The notes under the pieces are model-generated. The model saw only the letters and a list, made by a program, of their open reading frames with translations, was not told the DNA's origin and searched no databases. The position numbers and the translations under genes are program-made. Shown here piece after piece: positions 1 to 12,826 of a stretch of 64,000 nucleotides of DNA (positions within the stretch are counted from its first letter, which is position 1; the number at the start of each line of letters is the position of its first letter). This DNA comes from Amoebophrya sp. A120 (taxonomy: Eukaryota; Protista; Dinoflagellata). The stretch covers positions 8,409,591 to 8,473,590 of the forward strand of contig CAJINV010000005.1 of the NCBI GenBank assembly GCA_905178155.1, read 5' to 3'.

Positions 1-165
1 CACATTTGTGCTACGCGAGGAGGGCATTTGTCATGCGGAAATGGCATCAGGAAGCTTTCCAAAAATCTGTGATGCTGGGTCATGCATTACAAGCATCATG
101 GGTCATGCTAGACAAGCATGACAAGCCTTCCATTCTTCCAGACCCAGACATTTTTACATTTGATT
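1..165. mobile_element. Introner family A, partial (right end only)
   Basis: Right TIR ttccagacccagacatttttacatttgat at ~136-164. Confidence 0.85.
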
Positions 166-166
166 A

Positions 167-3100
167 TTGTCAGATGAAAAAGACGGAAAAAAGAACAAAA
201 CCAACGGCACCGTCCAGATTTGCGGGGAGTTATGCGACGAAAGGGTGGTTTTTCTTCGGGCCATGGGCGGATGCAAGACACTGCACTACATGTGCGAGGT
301 ACGTTTAATCTGCAGAAAAATGAAGTTAAGTTTGTTTTGCAAGTCATCTATCATGCACAGAACAGCAACAGATTGATGTTGACATGCACAACTTCCGCCC
401 TCTGATGTGTAACTGACAACCGTTGGGCAAAAAATTGGAATGCAATATACGACAACTCCAACCAAAGGTCCATTCCGACCACTCCCCGGCAATCCTGCAC
501 CGCTTTGCCGCCTACACCGAGATGGCGGTCTTTTACATGTTTGTCTACGTCTATGAGAGTGCACATAGCCCCCCCTCCCCCTTCAGTTGTCATTCAAAAC
601 CGCACGCCCATTTGCAGATGCCTTGATTGTAGCAATGTGAGCATGACAAATTTCGGATGAATGCCAAACAGTACTATATGGAACGTAGGTGTACTACCGC
701 TACCGGAATATTGCATGTACTACCGGGTTAGTCAAGGTGCCCCAATTTTGAAAAGTCAAGGTCAGCGCAAAAAAAAAGCCAAGGTCGGGAAATCCGATGA
801 AACGGGCGGACATTGGGCTCGCTAAGCGGACACTGGACTCGCTAATTACGTAGCTACTTAGCCGAGATCCGAAGTCTATATCTACCTAGCTTCGCCGTCG
901 TTAGCTAGCACAGGCACAATATTGCAATCTACCTAGCTACAGCATTCATTCGCATTCATTCTCTGTTGTGGTTTGAGTTGTTTTATAGGAATTCATCTTC
1001 AAAATTCATCTTCAAAAACAAAGAAAAAAGGCTTCCCTTTCATCCGGAAGAACTGCTTGCCGCCGGACCCTAATCCGCGGGGGACTACGCGCCTGGCCCC
1101 ATCTCGCAATTTGGACCCGTTACGGGTCTTGCCACCGTTTCGGGCCCAGCCATAACATGCGGCCTGGCCTACTGCTTCTGGCGGGATTTGCGTCCTTTGA
1201 TTTTTTTTGTTGAAAAGCCGCGCCCCTGCCGCCTCCTGAATCGAAACACTTTCCCGCATGCTATGCCCCCGCCTGGGCCTCCACCAAGCCCGGCCCCATG
1301 GGCCCCCAAAATCTGGCCAATAGCATGTGGGTCAACAGTGTTTAGCTTTTGGCGAGCGGGCTTTGCAACCTCCAAAAGTGGACCGAAATGGGGCCCGTAC
1401 CATGCGGCTTCCGCTTTTTTCGTCTTGGCATTTTCCGGCGCCCCTTTTTGGGCGGTCCAAATCGACGGAAATAGTCGCGCTGGACGCCTCGGCGGGGCGT
1501 CTCTTTTGGCGGCTCCTTTGCGTCGTTTTAGCAATCGGGAATCGAATGAATTGGCTCGGGCTTGTTTGATGGCAACGCCCCTTGAAAACTGCCGGCCGTT
1601 TTTCACGTCAGTACTATCAGCACGATGGTGCTTTAATGAGTATACAGAGCTGACTGCCGCCCTGCCGCTGTATGTCGGACGACGACGCGGCGAAGCGGGT
1701 GGGGACCTCTGCGAGCCGGCCGCCCCGCCGGCAACAGACCCCCGAGGGGCCTGTTTTTTTATTTTGTAGCTCGCCACTCTATCCCGGTCTGAAGACTGAC
1801 GAGGCTGGGCGGCGCCGCGCTCGCCTCAAGACTGCGGCGAGCTGCCAAGAGCGGCGCTCGACTCAAGAGACTGAGGAGCCCGCCGAGTAGTTGCGCGCCC
1901 GCAGCGTCAAGAGCTGCGGCGCTCCTCGACCCTCCCAACCGGAGAAAATCGGGTGGCCAACCGTGTCTGAAGACGAGCCGGCGGCTTCCTGGTTGGCGCC
2001 TCAGCGCTCGCCCCAAGAGACTGGGGAGACAGAGCAGAGGCCAGAGGCGCGAGAGCGGAGCGCCTCCCAAGAGATTGAGGCCAAAAAGTAATCACTTTTT
2101 TCATTCCACTACCGCAATAAGAAGCGTTGACTTTCAACGTGTTCAGACTCGAATCCGAGTTGAATCCGAGTTGACGCGCTTGATTTTGTCTTTGAGTTAT
2201 TATCTCGGTAGCCGAAAAACTTCTAAACCGCCGGAGCGTGGGGGAAACGCGTTGCACTACCGTACGAAAAGACGACGCACTACCGGGATAACCGACGACC
2301 AAAATTCGTCGAACCGGTACCACGGTAGTGCGTCGCTTTTCCCTTATCGGTTTTGTACGGTAGTGAAAGGCATATTCCCAATGCTACGGTGGATTTTAAG
2401 GCTTTGCGCTACCGATCTGCTTTCTCAATGCACTACCCGGATATTAATTCCCGCAGATTCCGGCAGTGGCTGACTTTTACCCATTATTTTTCGTGCGGTA
2501 GTGCAAACCCGAACACCCATGCTACGGCGGTTTTCAGATCTTTGCACTACCTGGATACTACACGCATTCTCAATGAAAAAACAAAAAAAACTGCCCCCAA
2601 ACTGCTCCCGAGGTCGCGAAATTTGTCGCGATCCGAGTGGAGTCCATGACTCTTATCTCGGTAGTACTATCAAAAACGGCGCTCCCGAAAACCTCTTTGG
2701 CACGGAAAAAGCGAAACGGTGGCAAGACCTCCCGCGAAACCGAACCCGTTCGGCCTGGCTCGGCCTCAAGATTGGCCGGGCGGCGGTTCCTCGCCCTTCG
2801 GCCCGCGCTGGCGGTGATCTGCGAAGCACAGCGCGAGCCAAAAGGCGACAAAACCGAACCCGTTCGGCCTGGCTCTGCCTCAAGATTGGCCGGGCGGCGG
2901 TTCCCAGCCTTTCGGCCCGCGCTGGCGGCGATCTGCGAAGCACATCAGGAGCCAAAACGCGACAAAACCGAACCCGTTCGGCCTGGCTCTGCCTCAAGAT
3001 TGGCCGGGCGGCGGTTCCCAGCCTTTCGGCCCGCGCTGCCGGCGATCTGCGAAGCACATCAGGAGCCAAAACGCGACAAAACCGAACCCGTTCGGCCTGG

Positions 3101-5774
3101 CTCTGCCTCAAGATTGGCCGGGCGGCGGTTCCCAGCCTTTCGGCCCGCGCTGCCTGGCAGGCGGTGATCTTCGAAGCACAACAGGAGCCAAAACTGGCTA
3201 CAACCAAACCCGTTCGGCCTGGCACGGCCTCAAGATTGGCCGGGCGGCGGTTCCCAGCCTTTCGGCCCGCGCTGGCGGTGATCTGCGAAGCACAACAGGA
3301 GCCAAAACGGGACAAAACCGAACCCGTTCGGCCTGGCCCGGCCTCAAGATGGGCCGGGCGGCGGTTCCTAGCCCTTCGGCCCGCGCTGGCGGTGATCTGC
3401 GAAGCACAACAGGCGCCAAAAGAACGCGACAAAACCGAACCCGTTCGGCCTGGCTCTGCCTCAAGATGGGCCGGGCGGCGGTTCCTAGCCCTTCGGCTCG
3501 CGCTGGCGGTGATCTGCGAAGCACAACCCGAACCCGTTCGGCCTGGCTCTGCCTCAAGATTGGCCGGGCGGCGGTTCCCAGCCCTTCGGCCCGCGCTGGC
3601 GGTGATCTGCGAAGCACAACAGGAGCCAAAACCGACCAAAACCGAACCCGTTCGGCCTGGCTCTGCCTCCCAAGATTGGCCGGGCGGCGGTTCCCAGCCC
3701 TTCGGCCCGCGCTTGCGGTGATCTGCGAAGCGCAGCAGGAGCCAAAAGGCGACAAAACCGAACCCGTTCGGCCTCGGTCTGCCTCAAGATTGGCCGGGCG
3801 GCGGTTCCCAGCCTTTCGGCCCGCGCTGGCGGTGATCTGCGAAGCACAACAGGAGCCAAAACGCGACAAAACCGAACCCGTTCGGCCTGGCTCTGCCTCA
3901 AGATTGGCCGGGCGGCGGTTCCCAGCCTTTCGGCCCGCGCTGGCGGTGATCTGCGAAGCACAACAGGAGCCAAAACGCGACAAAACCGAACCCGTTCGGC
4001 CTGGCTCTGCCTCAAGATTGGCCGGGCGGCGGTTCCCAGCCTTTCGGCCCGCGCTGGCGGTGATCTGCGAAGCACAACAGGAGCCAAAACGCGACAAAAC
4101 CGAACCCGTTCGGCCTGGCTCTGCCTCAAGATTGGCCGGGCGGCGGTTCCCAGCCTTTCGGCCCGCGCTGGCGGTGATCTGCGAAGCACAACAGGAGCCA
4201 AAACGCGACAAAACCGAACCCGTTCGGCCTGGCTCTGCCTCAAGATTGGCCGGGCGGCGGTTCCCAGCCTTTCGGCCCGCGCTGGCGGTGATCTGCGAAG
4301 CACAACAGGAGCCAAAACGCGACAAAACCGAACCCGTTCGGCCTGGCTCTGCCTCAAGATTGGCCGGGCGGCGGTTCCCAGCCTTTCGGCCCGCGCTGGC
4401 GGTGATCTGCGAAGCACAACAGGAGCCAAAACGCGACAAAACCGAACCCGTTCGGCCTGGCTCTGCCTCAAGATTGGCCGGGCGGCGGTTCCCAGCCTTT
4501 CGGCCCGCGCTGGCGGTGATCTGCGAAGCACAACAGGAGCCAAAACGCGACAAAACCGAACCCGTTCGGCCTGGCTCTGCCTCAAGATTGGCCGGGCGGC
4601 GGTTCCCAGCCTTTCGGCCCGCGCTGGCGGTGATCTGCGAAGCACAACAGGAGCCAAAACGCGACAAAACCGAACCCGTTCGGCCTGGCTCTGCCTCAAG
4701 ATTGGCCGGGCGGCGGTTCCCAGCCTTTCGGCCCGCGCTGGCGGTGATCTGCGAAGCACAACAGGAGCCAAAACGCGACAAAACCGAACCCGTTCGGCCT
4801 GGCTCTGCCTCAAGATTGGCCGGGCGGCGGTTCCCAGCCTTTCGGCCCGCGCTGGCGGTGATCTGCGAAGCACAACAGGAGCCAAAACGCGACAAAACCG
4901 AACCCGTTCGGCCTGGCTCTGCCTCAAGGTTGGCCGCCCGGGCGGCGGTTCCTAGCCCTTCGGCCCGCGCTGGCGGTGCTTTGCGAAGCACAACAGGGGC
5001 CGGCTCCTAGCCCTTCGGCCCGCGCTTGCGGTGCTTTGCATGCGAAGCACAACAGGGGCCAAAACGCGACAAAACCTCGACAACGGATTTCCCGACCTTG
5101 GCTGTTTTTTTGCGCTGGCCTTGACTTTTCAAATTTGGGGCACCTTGACTAACCCGGTAGTACATCGAATAACCCGGTAGCGGTAGTACACCTACGCTCC
5201 ATATACTACACTCGGTTGGTGAACTTGGCATGCACAGGCTTCAGGAGTGCAGGCGTTTGTATTGCGTTTCATGCTATACACATGAGGGGGAGGGGGAGTT
5301 GTGCACTCTCATAACGTCGGAACACTGTTCCTCAGCGCCTTCATTGGCATCTGGCTCCTCTACGCGCTGGTGACGGGCCGGGTGGGCAAAAAGGGCGGCG
5401 GGCTGGTGATGATGAAGATTCTGTTTCCCTGCTTTACTTATGCGTTGCAAATATCTCTGGGTCTGGATCTGGAACATGGCAACTTGTGATGCTGCATTTG
5501 CATTCCAAAAAAATCTGTATTGCATGAGCAGCAAAAGGAGTCCAACTTTTGTTACGCGGAGAGGGCATTTGTCATGCGGGATAGGCATCAAGAAGGTCCC
5601 AACGAATCTGTGATGCTAGGGCATGCATCGCAGACAACATGGCTCATGCAAAACGTGCATGACAAGTGTTGCAACCTCCCAGACCCAGACATATTTACAT
5701 TTCATATTACTTCGAGCCGGGCGACGTCGACGACGAGTGGGGAACCCGGGATGGTGAAGTTGACCACGTACTGA
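167..5774 (+). CDS. 3' part of a multi-exon gene, probable membrane protein (exons ~166-298, 468-551, 5319-5438, 5712-5774)
   Basis: A GT-AG intron at 299-467 and removal of the introner 552-5313 give the in-frame join ...MFVYV|GTLFLSAFIGIWLLYALVTG..., which is hydrophobic. The frame of the last exon is ambiguous. Confidence 0.6.
671..5209. mobile_element. Non-autonomous long-TIR (foldback-like) element nested in the introner
   Basis: ~126-bp imperfect inverted repeats at 671-796 and 5084-5209. No clear TSD and no transposase ORF seen. Confidence 0.8.
2737..5075. repeat. 114-bp GC-rich tandem satellite, ~20 copies
   Basis: gaagcacaac recurs at 3841, 3955 and onward (period 114). Core copies at ~3780-4930 look identical and the edge copies are diverged. 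Confidence 0.97.
5439..5706. mobile_element. Introner family A
   Basis: TIRs tatgcgttgcaaatatctctgggtctgga / cccagacatatttacatttcata; TSD ttact. Confidence 0.9.
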
Positions 5775-6639
5775 CCACAAGGGCTCCTGGGGTAGAAGAA
5801 GAAGTACGCAGTAGGAAAATTCTAGGGCCGACGCCGTAGAAGAATAGAAGCACTCAACATACAGGCTGCAAACGCAACGAGAAGGTGCTGAAGATCGATG
5901 AATATTCATCTTTCATCACTATCGCAAAGAAGATCATCATGCAAAGGAACAACTCAAGCGCAACTACGAACAAACACACCGGTTTTTTTTTGAAGTACTG
6001 ATTGCAATGGTGAAAGGGTTTTGGCGCACCAGATGAGGAGAAGCAGATCTGATCTCGCTGAGTTTTAGAACCTAAGATGTTCTACTTGCTTCATTTGATG
6101 ATCCACGATGTTCCAACAAGAATGAATCGACGAATAGAGAGAAAACTTAAAAATCGGGATTCAGAGTCCCGAAAAATGTTCTGCGATCCACAAGAAGAAA
6201 AATTTTAACATCGGCGGTCAGAAAATGATGAGCAGGATCAACATTTCATGCTCAATCTCAAACTAGGACATGGCAGCTTGTGCTGATCTTAGGAAGTCGA
6301 GGACCTTTTCGGCGTTTATTTGTACTCAACGAAGGCTTGTTCCAGATGAAGTTTGAATTTACAAAAGTGAAATCTCGATCTCCTCCAATACAAATAACCT
6401 CGAACAAACCAGGTCGCACAAATAACCGTAGACGATGTAGAAATCTTCCGTCGCTTTGCATTGTGTAAGCAAAAATCCGTATGATTTTATCGTAGTTAGC
6501 TCTCCAGAATATCTAGAATTAGTACCTGCACGAACTACACGTACACTTCTAGTCCGAGCACCGACACGAAAAGCGACCTATAATCTGCTGCTGTGAAACT
6601 GAAACTTGACCACAAAGTAGGATCTCCATCCCATTCAAA

Positions 6640-9161
6640 ATGAAACTCCTCAGCAGCAGTACCACGACCTGCTCCATCCCCACCCCTACTTTTTCCATCC
6701 CAACCCGCCGCGGCCTTCCGCCAAATCTAACCCCAAAGGCGCTGGAGGAGGTGTTGTTCGATTCGGAAGGGTATTTGGTAAACATCCCAGTCGGAGACGT
6801 GCTCGGGTCGAATTATGTCAACAGCGCAGGAACAAGCAAAACGAATGTCAAAAGTTTAATTCCGGAGGGGAAAAGTGCGAAGGAACATTTTGGATACGAT
6901 AGTTGTACAACCAGCACAACTACAACTTCCTCTTCTAAAGCCATCCTCTACCTGTCGGGAAGCCGAGATGTACTGGAAGCGGGGAACAGCCATGTGGTTT
7001 TCACGGGGGTTAGAGACGTCGATACTACAACAGCAGTTAGTGGTGCTACTCCCGCAGGTCCGGTAGTTACAACCGCAAGCAGCACCAGCAACGGCGGCGA
7101 GAGCAGTACGACTTCGCCGAGTTGCGTACAACAACTTCAGCAACAGAAAAAGACGAATTTCCAGGGTAAGGTCGTTACCAAAAACCGGGAAAGGTCGAGG
7201 TCTAAATCCAAGGGCATGATTACAGGAGAAGATGGTGATCTGCAACTTCCGCCCGGGGAATTCCATGCGAGTCGGTTTGTAAAGGAGCCGAAAGTAGTGG
7301 AGCAATTTTCATCTGCGAAATCGAAAGAGATGGAACAAGCTGGAAGTTGTACTCCAAACGCCGAAGCAGGTTCATCTGTAGAAGCTGCACGAGAACCGAT
7401 GAAAGCTACAACCACAACATCAAAATCCAATGCAGCAGCAGTTTCTACTACTGCGCGGAACATCTTCACAAGCAATACGAACACGAAGCCAATCATTCTG
7501 CAGAACACCATCCACGGGACGCAGAAGATCAGCGAAGAGGGTTTTGTCGAGCTCGCCAAGAAGTTCGACTTCGCCACTCAAGTCGCGGAAGAAACCGATG
7601 TGTTTCTCGGGCGGAACCGGGCCCAGAAATCCGTGGAGCGGAGCCGGGACGGGACGAGTGGGTGGGTGAACAACTTGTGTCAGGACACGACCTCTGGAGG
7701 TGGTTCAAAACCCAAGTTTATCGCCCCGGTCATCCAGGGGGGGAGTTTCGAGGGGCTGCGGGTGATCGCGACGAAGAATGTGCTCACGAAATGGGAACAA
7801 CAGGAAGACAATTGTGAAATGAAACCTGCTCTTCTGAAACAAGCAGAAGGAGCGGAGTATGATCAAAAAGAAGCAAGCGAACCCCCACTGCTTCTAGAGA
7901 CGACCACGAGCAAGAAAGAACACGAACCTGCTGAAGCTCCGGTGAAAAATAAAACATCACTTCCACCCAACATCTGCTGCATCAGCGGTCTGGGTCTTGG
8001 GGAATCATTTGAAGATCGGAAGGACATTGTGGAAACGGTGTTGAGAACGATGGAAAACAGTGACAAAAACGGGAGAAAAGCCGCCATTTTCCTCCCGACC
8101 AAGGGGGACTTGCAGGATGTTTTCGAGTTTGCTGAAAAGGTGGATGTGTTCGAAATCTATCCTGAATAAAAACGTACCCACACCAGAGTTGTAATGCTGA
8201 TTTGCAAAGACAGGAAGATTGGTAATGCGCATCCCCATGAGAGCCATTTCCAGTCGTGTTTTCGAATTTGTGATGCTGCGAACAGGATGAGCAGAGGGAT
8301 TTGTAATGCGACTTCCCTTGCTAAACTGCACTACAATACAGCCTGCAATTTGTCATGCGTGACTCACAAAACTCCTAGGTTTGTGTTGCAAAATCCCCAT
8401 CCTGACTCTGGTGTGGGTACGTTTTTACTCAGGATAAAATCGGCTTTCCATTTATTTGCGCGAATAACGGAATTGCGTTGACTTTTTCGCTGAACATGCC
8501 GGAGGATAAACCTGTGAAAGAATTGATTGCGGAAATTGTTGCTGCTGGGAAAACGCGCCGCTCTTGGGGTGTCGACTTGATGCGACCGGAGTGCGCGGAC
8601 GAGTTTATTCCAGTGGAAGAGGTGGACGAGCAGGCAAATACAGCAGCGGAAATAAGTTCTGGCAAGAAGGGTCTGCAAGAGCAGAAGTGCACCCGGGCGT
8701 ATCTCTCCCATTTGCTGCACTTGCAGGAACTGGCAGCCTACATCTGGCTCACGCGGCACAACCTGCGAAAATACGAATTGCTGTTCCGGGAAATCCGGAA
8801 GCACCTGGCGAAGGGCACGTTTGAGGAGTACAGGAACTGGTTCTATGTCACGCATGGGATGGGGATCTTTGGTTATTGTAAACCGGCGTCTTCTTCTCCT
8901 GCAACTGCTGACGCTACTGGTGCTGCAGCCGGTGCAGGACAAGTGTCAACATCGACGGCCGAAAATCAAGCTGTACCTTCCAACAAGCGACCGGCGGAAG
9001 CAGAGGAATTACTACAACCTGCTGTGGGGGAGATCATGAAAAGAACTGCTACAGGAGAAGTTGTGACACAGCAGCTGGGCACCGAGGCGAAGCAGGAAGA
9101 AAAGCAAAAGCCGGGTGAAGAAGCCAGCGAACCAGCAACAAAGATTGCGAAGGTGGACTGA
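6640..9161 (+). CDS. Hypothetical protein, S/T-rich N-terminus (exons 6640-8157, 8442-9161)
   Basis: Introner removal fuses ORFs 6640..8169 and 8478..9161 in frame: VFEI|GFPFICANNGIALTFSLNMP. Confidence 0.8.
8158..8436. mobile_element. Introner family C
   Basis: TIRs tatcctgaataaaaacgtacccacaccagag / ctctggtgtgggtacgtttttactcaggata; TSD aaatc. Confidence 0.93.
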
Positions 9162-9808
9162 TGAGGATCTCGTCAACTACCCTACTGTGTGAAAATGTTG
9201 TCCGTATTTCTAGTACCAGTCTCGACATGTTTTGGAACCAATTATTGCACTATCACGCGCACCGAAGAAGAAGAGAATGCATTGATTCCCGCACTACATC
9301 TACAACTACTCTCCGCCTCCTTCCTAGAAGTGCTGGTCGCGTTTACCAGAAGATCAGAAGCGCGTTCCATTCAAACAGACTCGCACCTGAGGTGCGTCAG
9401 CACTCGAGCAGAGTCCTATCGTTAGTGGTGCGTGGTCGTTTTGGTGGGTGTCACTGTCACATCACTGTGTGACGAGAAGCGAGTCACTTCTTCGTCGGCA
9501 TCGTTTCTTTGCTAAATTTTTCTGTCGTCGCGACGTGGTTTGATTCAGAAGTGGAAAGTCGTTCTCGTGTTGAACTATTCGTCGAAGACGAAAACTGAAA
9601 CTGTTTCGCTTTCGCATGAGCCATCGTGTGTGATTGTCGTGTCACTTTGTTCGGAATTTTTGCATCATCGGATGGAGCAGCACGACAAAATTCTCTTTCG
9701 CTCTGAAAAATCTTCATCTCTAGCTTCATCATGGAAGGAGCTCATCTGTATACTGAGTGATTTCAGTATCATCATTCTACCAAAACCAAATCGAAATCAA
9801 CGTACGTC

Positions 9809-12800
9809 ATGCCCTTCCTTCTGCACCACTATGACACTGTTAGTACACCTGTTCTTCACGACTTGCTTGCTTCCGTGAGGGACTTTCTTCATGGCCCTAT
9901 CAACTACTCAAGGAGCACAACAACCACCCGCTTTGATAATATCGACTTTCTTTGTACCAGCATCAGCAAGAACACCACCGCGCCTAGCTACACGACGAAA
10001 ACACTCAACGTTCGCACTACTTCCTTCAACGAAACTACGGAGGCGAAGCAGGCCGCAGAACAGGCGGCCGAGCAGGCTGTCGAGGATACCGTCGAGGAGC
10101 AAGAAAACCCCAAGGTGCCCTATGACCCGCTCATGTGTTCCAATCTCACACGTCAGATATAGAATATGAAAATCTGATGTGATGCAAGAAGTGCATTATC
10201 TAGTGTAGCCAACTCTCTTCATAGGATTCAGATTCTGCACGACAAGTTCCGGAGTCCCAAACCGCATTTTTACAACCTGGCGGAATTTGTATTGCAGAAA
10301 GTGGAACGCCCTGCGAGTCTCTCATGCTCATTATGCAAGACAAGTATCAGACTCTACTGTACCGCTTGAGATTGTAACACCTGAGCGGGTTATATGCCCA
10401 TTGCGCAGAAGAACGCGGCACAAGTTAGGAAGGCGTTCGACGATTTGCAGAACAATCGGCCGGTGAACTGATAGAACGACAAAAAATTTGTGAAGTTGCA
10501 TTTGCTTCCTCAAGAACAGACAAGCGCAAGGGCACGCCTCACTTTGTCTCGTCCGGAAGTAGGAGCAAAAATGGGCGGGTTGTGGCAGCGTCAAGATCAT
10601 TTGATGCAGGACATCGAGAAGTACAACAACGATGTCGTGGTTGCTCCCAGCAACCTGCCCGAAATTATTTTTTCCCAGAGCTCGTCGCGCCTGCTAAACC
10701 TGAAGCCCGATCTCGTATTGAAGCGAGGGTATTTATCTGCATTCCTGGACGCGACTGTGGATCAGTCGGGTTTTTCCGTACCGGCGAAGTCCCACGTGCC
10801 AAACTCTTCCAGCGGTCCACCTCGCGGAATCGAAAACAAGAAAAGTATTGGTGTGATGAAAAATAGTTTTGGTGCAGCCAACCCAACCACAAGACGTACA
10901 ACTTCTACTCCGACGGCGGGGACGAGTGCAGCTGCTACGACGCCAGCTGCATCGTGGAAGAACGGCCCTTCTCTGTCCACCAAATCGAAATCCTCCTCCT
11001 CCTTCGCGAATGAGACTGGGCAAGGAGAAAACGAACCAGAAGATGAAATCGCGAAGCACATACCGGTATGGATTGCAAAAATGTCTGGGTCTAGAAGATT
11101 GCAACTTGTGATGCTAAATCCGAATCATGAAAAATCTGTGTTGCATGAGTGCCAAAAGCTATCCCCTTTCGACCAAGTTGGGAAGGAGTTTCTCATGCAG
11201 GAGAGGCATGACAGAGACCTCACAGAGTCTGTTATGCTAGCCCCCGCATTCCAAAACTTAAGGGTCATGGAAAACCTGCATGACAAGCTTACAATCTTCC
11301 AGACCCAGACATTTTTGCAATGCATAACCGGTCTTGCAGGAAGTGAGCAAGCACCTGGCGAAGGTGATGCAAGCGGTTGAGAATTACAATGAAGTGCGGA
11401 AGAGTCATTTGAAGAGCTACCAGGAGCTAATGCAGAACGTGGAAAGTGGAAAGCACAAAATATGCCACGGAGAAGATCATGAAGTTGTGTTGATGAGACC
11501 AGGTTGATCTTGATGGCAGCAAAAATGAACATGCTTGCATGATTTTTGAGATTGAGTACTTCGGTTCTCTTCCAAAGACACTACACCATCTGGTTGTAAA
11601 TTCCTCCAGATGAAGGATCATTGTCTACTTCGCTGCGCATGATCCAGATCGTTTGCATGACCTTGACCAGCTGGTTTATTAATACAACGTTGCTTCATGA
11701 CTTTTTGTTTTTTCCAGCATTCAAGCCGAAGTTGAAGTGGCAAGAGAAGGTGGTTGAAAATGATAATGTGGACAAGTCCGGGGAAAGTGACAGTGAAGAG
11801 AAGGGTGTTGAGAAGATAAAAGCGGACGTCGAGCAGCAAAAGGACGGGAAACAGGAGGGAAACACGGACACGGACCAGCAAGCAGAAAAAAAAACCGCAG
11901 AGGAGGACACCAACAAGGACGACAACAAGTCGGGTGCAGAAGGAGCTAGCGAGAAACCCACCGAAGAAGAGAAAGCAGCTGCAGCTACGGAGGACGCGCC
12001 CGCGGCCGGTGACGAGAAGTTTGCAAATGGCGAACCGGAGAAGGATGAGGCGGGGGGCAAAGTTGCGACAGATACGACTGCCCCGGGGAGCGAAAGTGGA
12101 GCAGCCGCTGAAGCGGACGGGAAAAATGAAACCGAGCAGGAGGTACTCTTCAGCGTGCTCGAAATCAGCAGAAACAGGGTTCTCCAGAATAAACCCGGTG
12201 GCTTTACTTCCTCGTCTGGCCCTGCTGTCTCGACATCTTCCGCTTCTACCACTTTGCCAGGTCGGTCTTCCTCCTCCTTCGCACAGGCTGCACTGAGTCG
12301 TCGCGAAAGGCAGCACGCTCTTCCGGACATAACGGCTCCAAGAGCAAGAAAGCCTTTTGCAATACCGAAGCAGGACGCAGCAGCAATGTTTCTCCAGGCG
12401 GCCAGCACGAAGAACACGATCCCGGCGACAATTTCTTCGTCGAAAACTACCGTTGTTCCCCAACTGCTCGGTCGGGCGCTTATCGACGCGGGACTCGAAC
12501 AAAACCGCGAGAAGACGTCGTACATGTTCGGGGGTTTGTCATGGCACGACATAAAGAATAGCATACGACATCACTTAAACATTCACTTTCACAATGCCGA
12601 CGAGAACAAGGAAAGCGATGAGGCCCACGTGCAGGATGTCTGGGAAAAAGATCCCGATGGCGGCTACGAAGACTATCGTACGGAAAAAGTGCTGAGAGCC
12701 AAGAATACGCAGCATATTTCATCGCACTACAGCACTTACAGATTTGGTCTGCATGACAAGACAGCTTTGCGAAACAGGGAGCCTAGTAGGCAGTGTCATG

Positions 12801-12826
12801 CTTGTTTTCACTACTTAAGTAGATGA
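9809..12826 (+). CDS. Multi-exon hypothetical protein with acidic low-complexity segments; 3' end unresolved, may extend to ~13.7 kb
   Basis: Joins across introners 10121-10394 (KVP|IAQK) and 11067-11326 (HIP|VLQEVSKH), and GT-AG intron 11503-11717 (RP|AFKPK). One junction near 10460-10560 is unresolved. Confidence 0.55.
10121..10394. mobile_element. Introner family F
   Basis: TIRs tatgacccgctcatgtgttccaatctc / gagattgtaacacctgagcgggttata; TSD tgccc. Confidence 0.9.
11067..11326. mobile_element. Introner family A
   Basis: Family A TIRs; TSD accgg. Confidence 0.93.

Larger units (their letters stand above)
552..5313. mobile_element. Introner family B, expanded to 4.76 kb by a nested element
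   Basis: TIRs tatgagagtgcaca..ccccctccc / gggggagttgtgcactctcata; TSD acgtc (547-551, 5314-5318). A short family member is at 58225-58441. Confidence 0.9.

Noticed and set aside
2501-5010. Long ORFs of 328-597 aa on both strands
   Set aside because: They are by-products of a stop-poor 114-bp (multiple of 3) GC-rich satellite that is open in several frames.
2737-5075. CRISPR array
   Set aside because: The units are wholly repeated with no unique spacers, there are no cas genes, and the context is eukaryotic.
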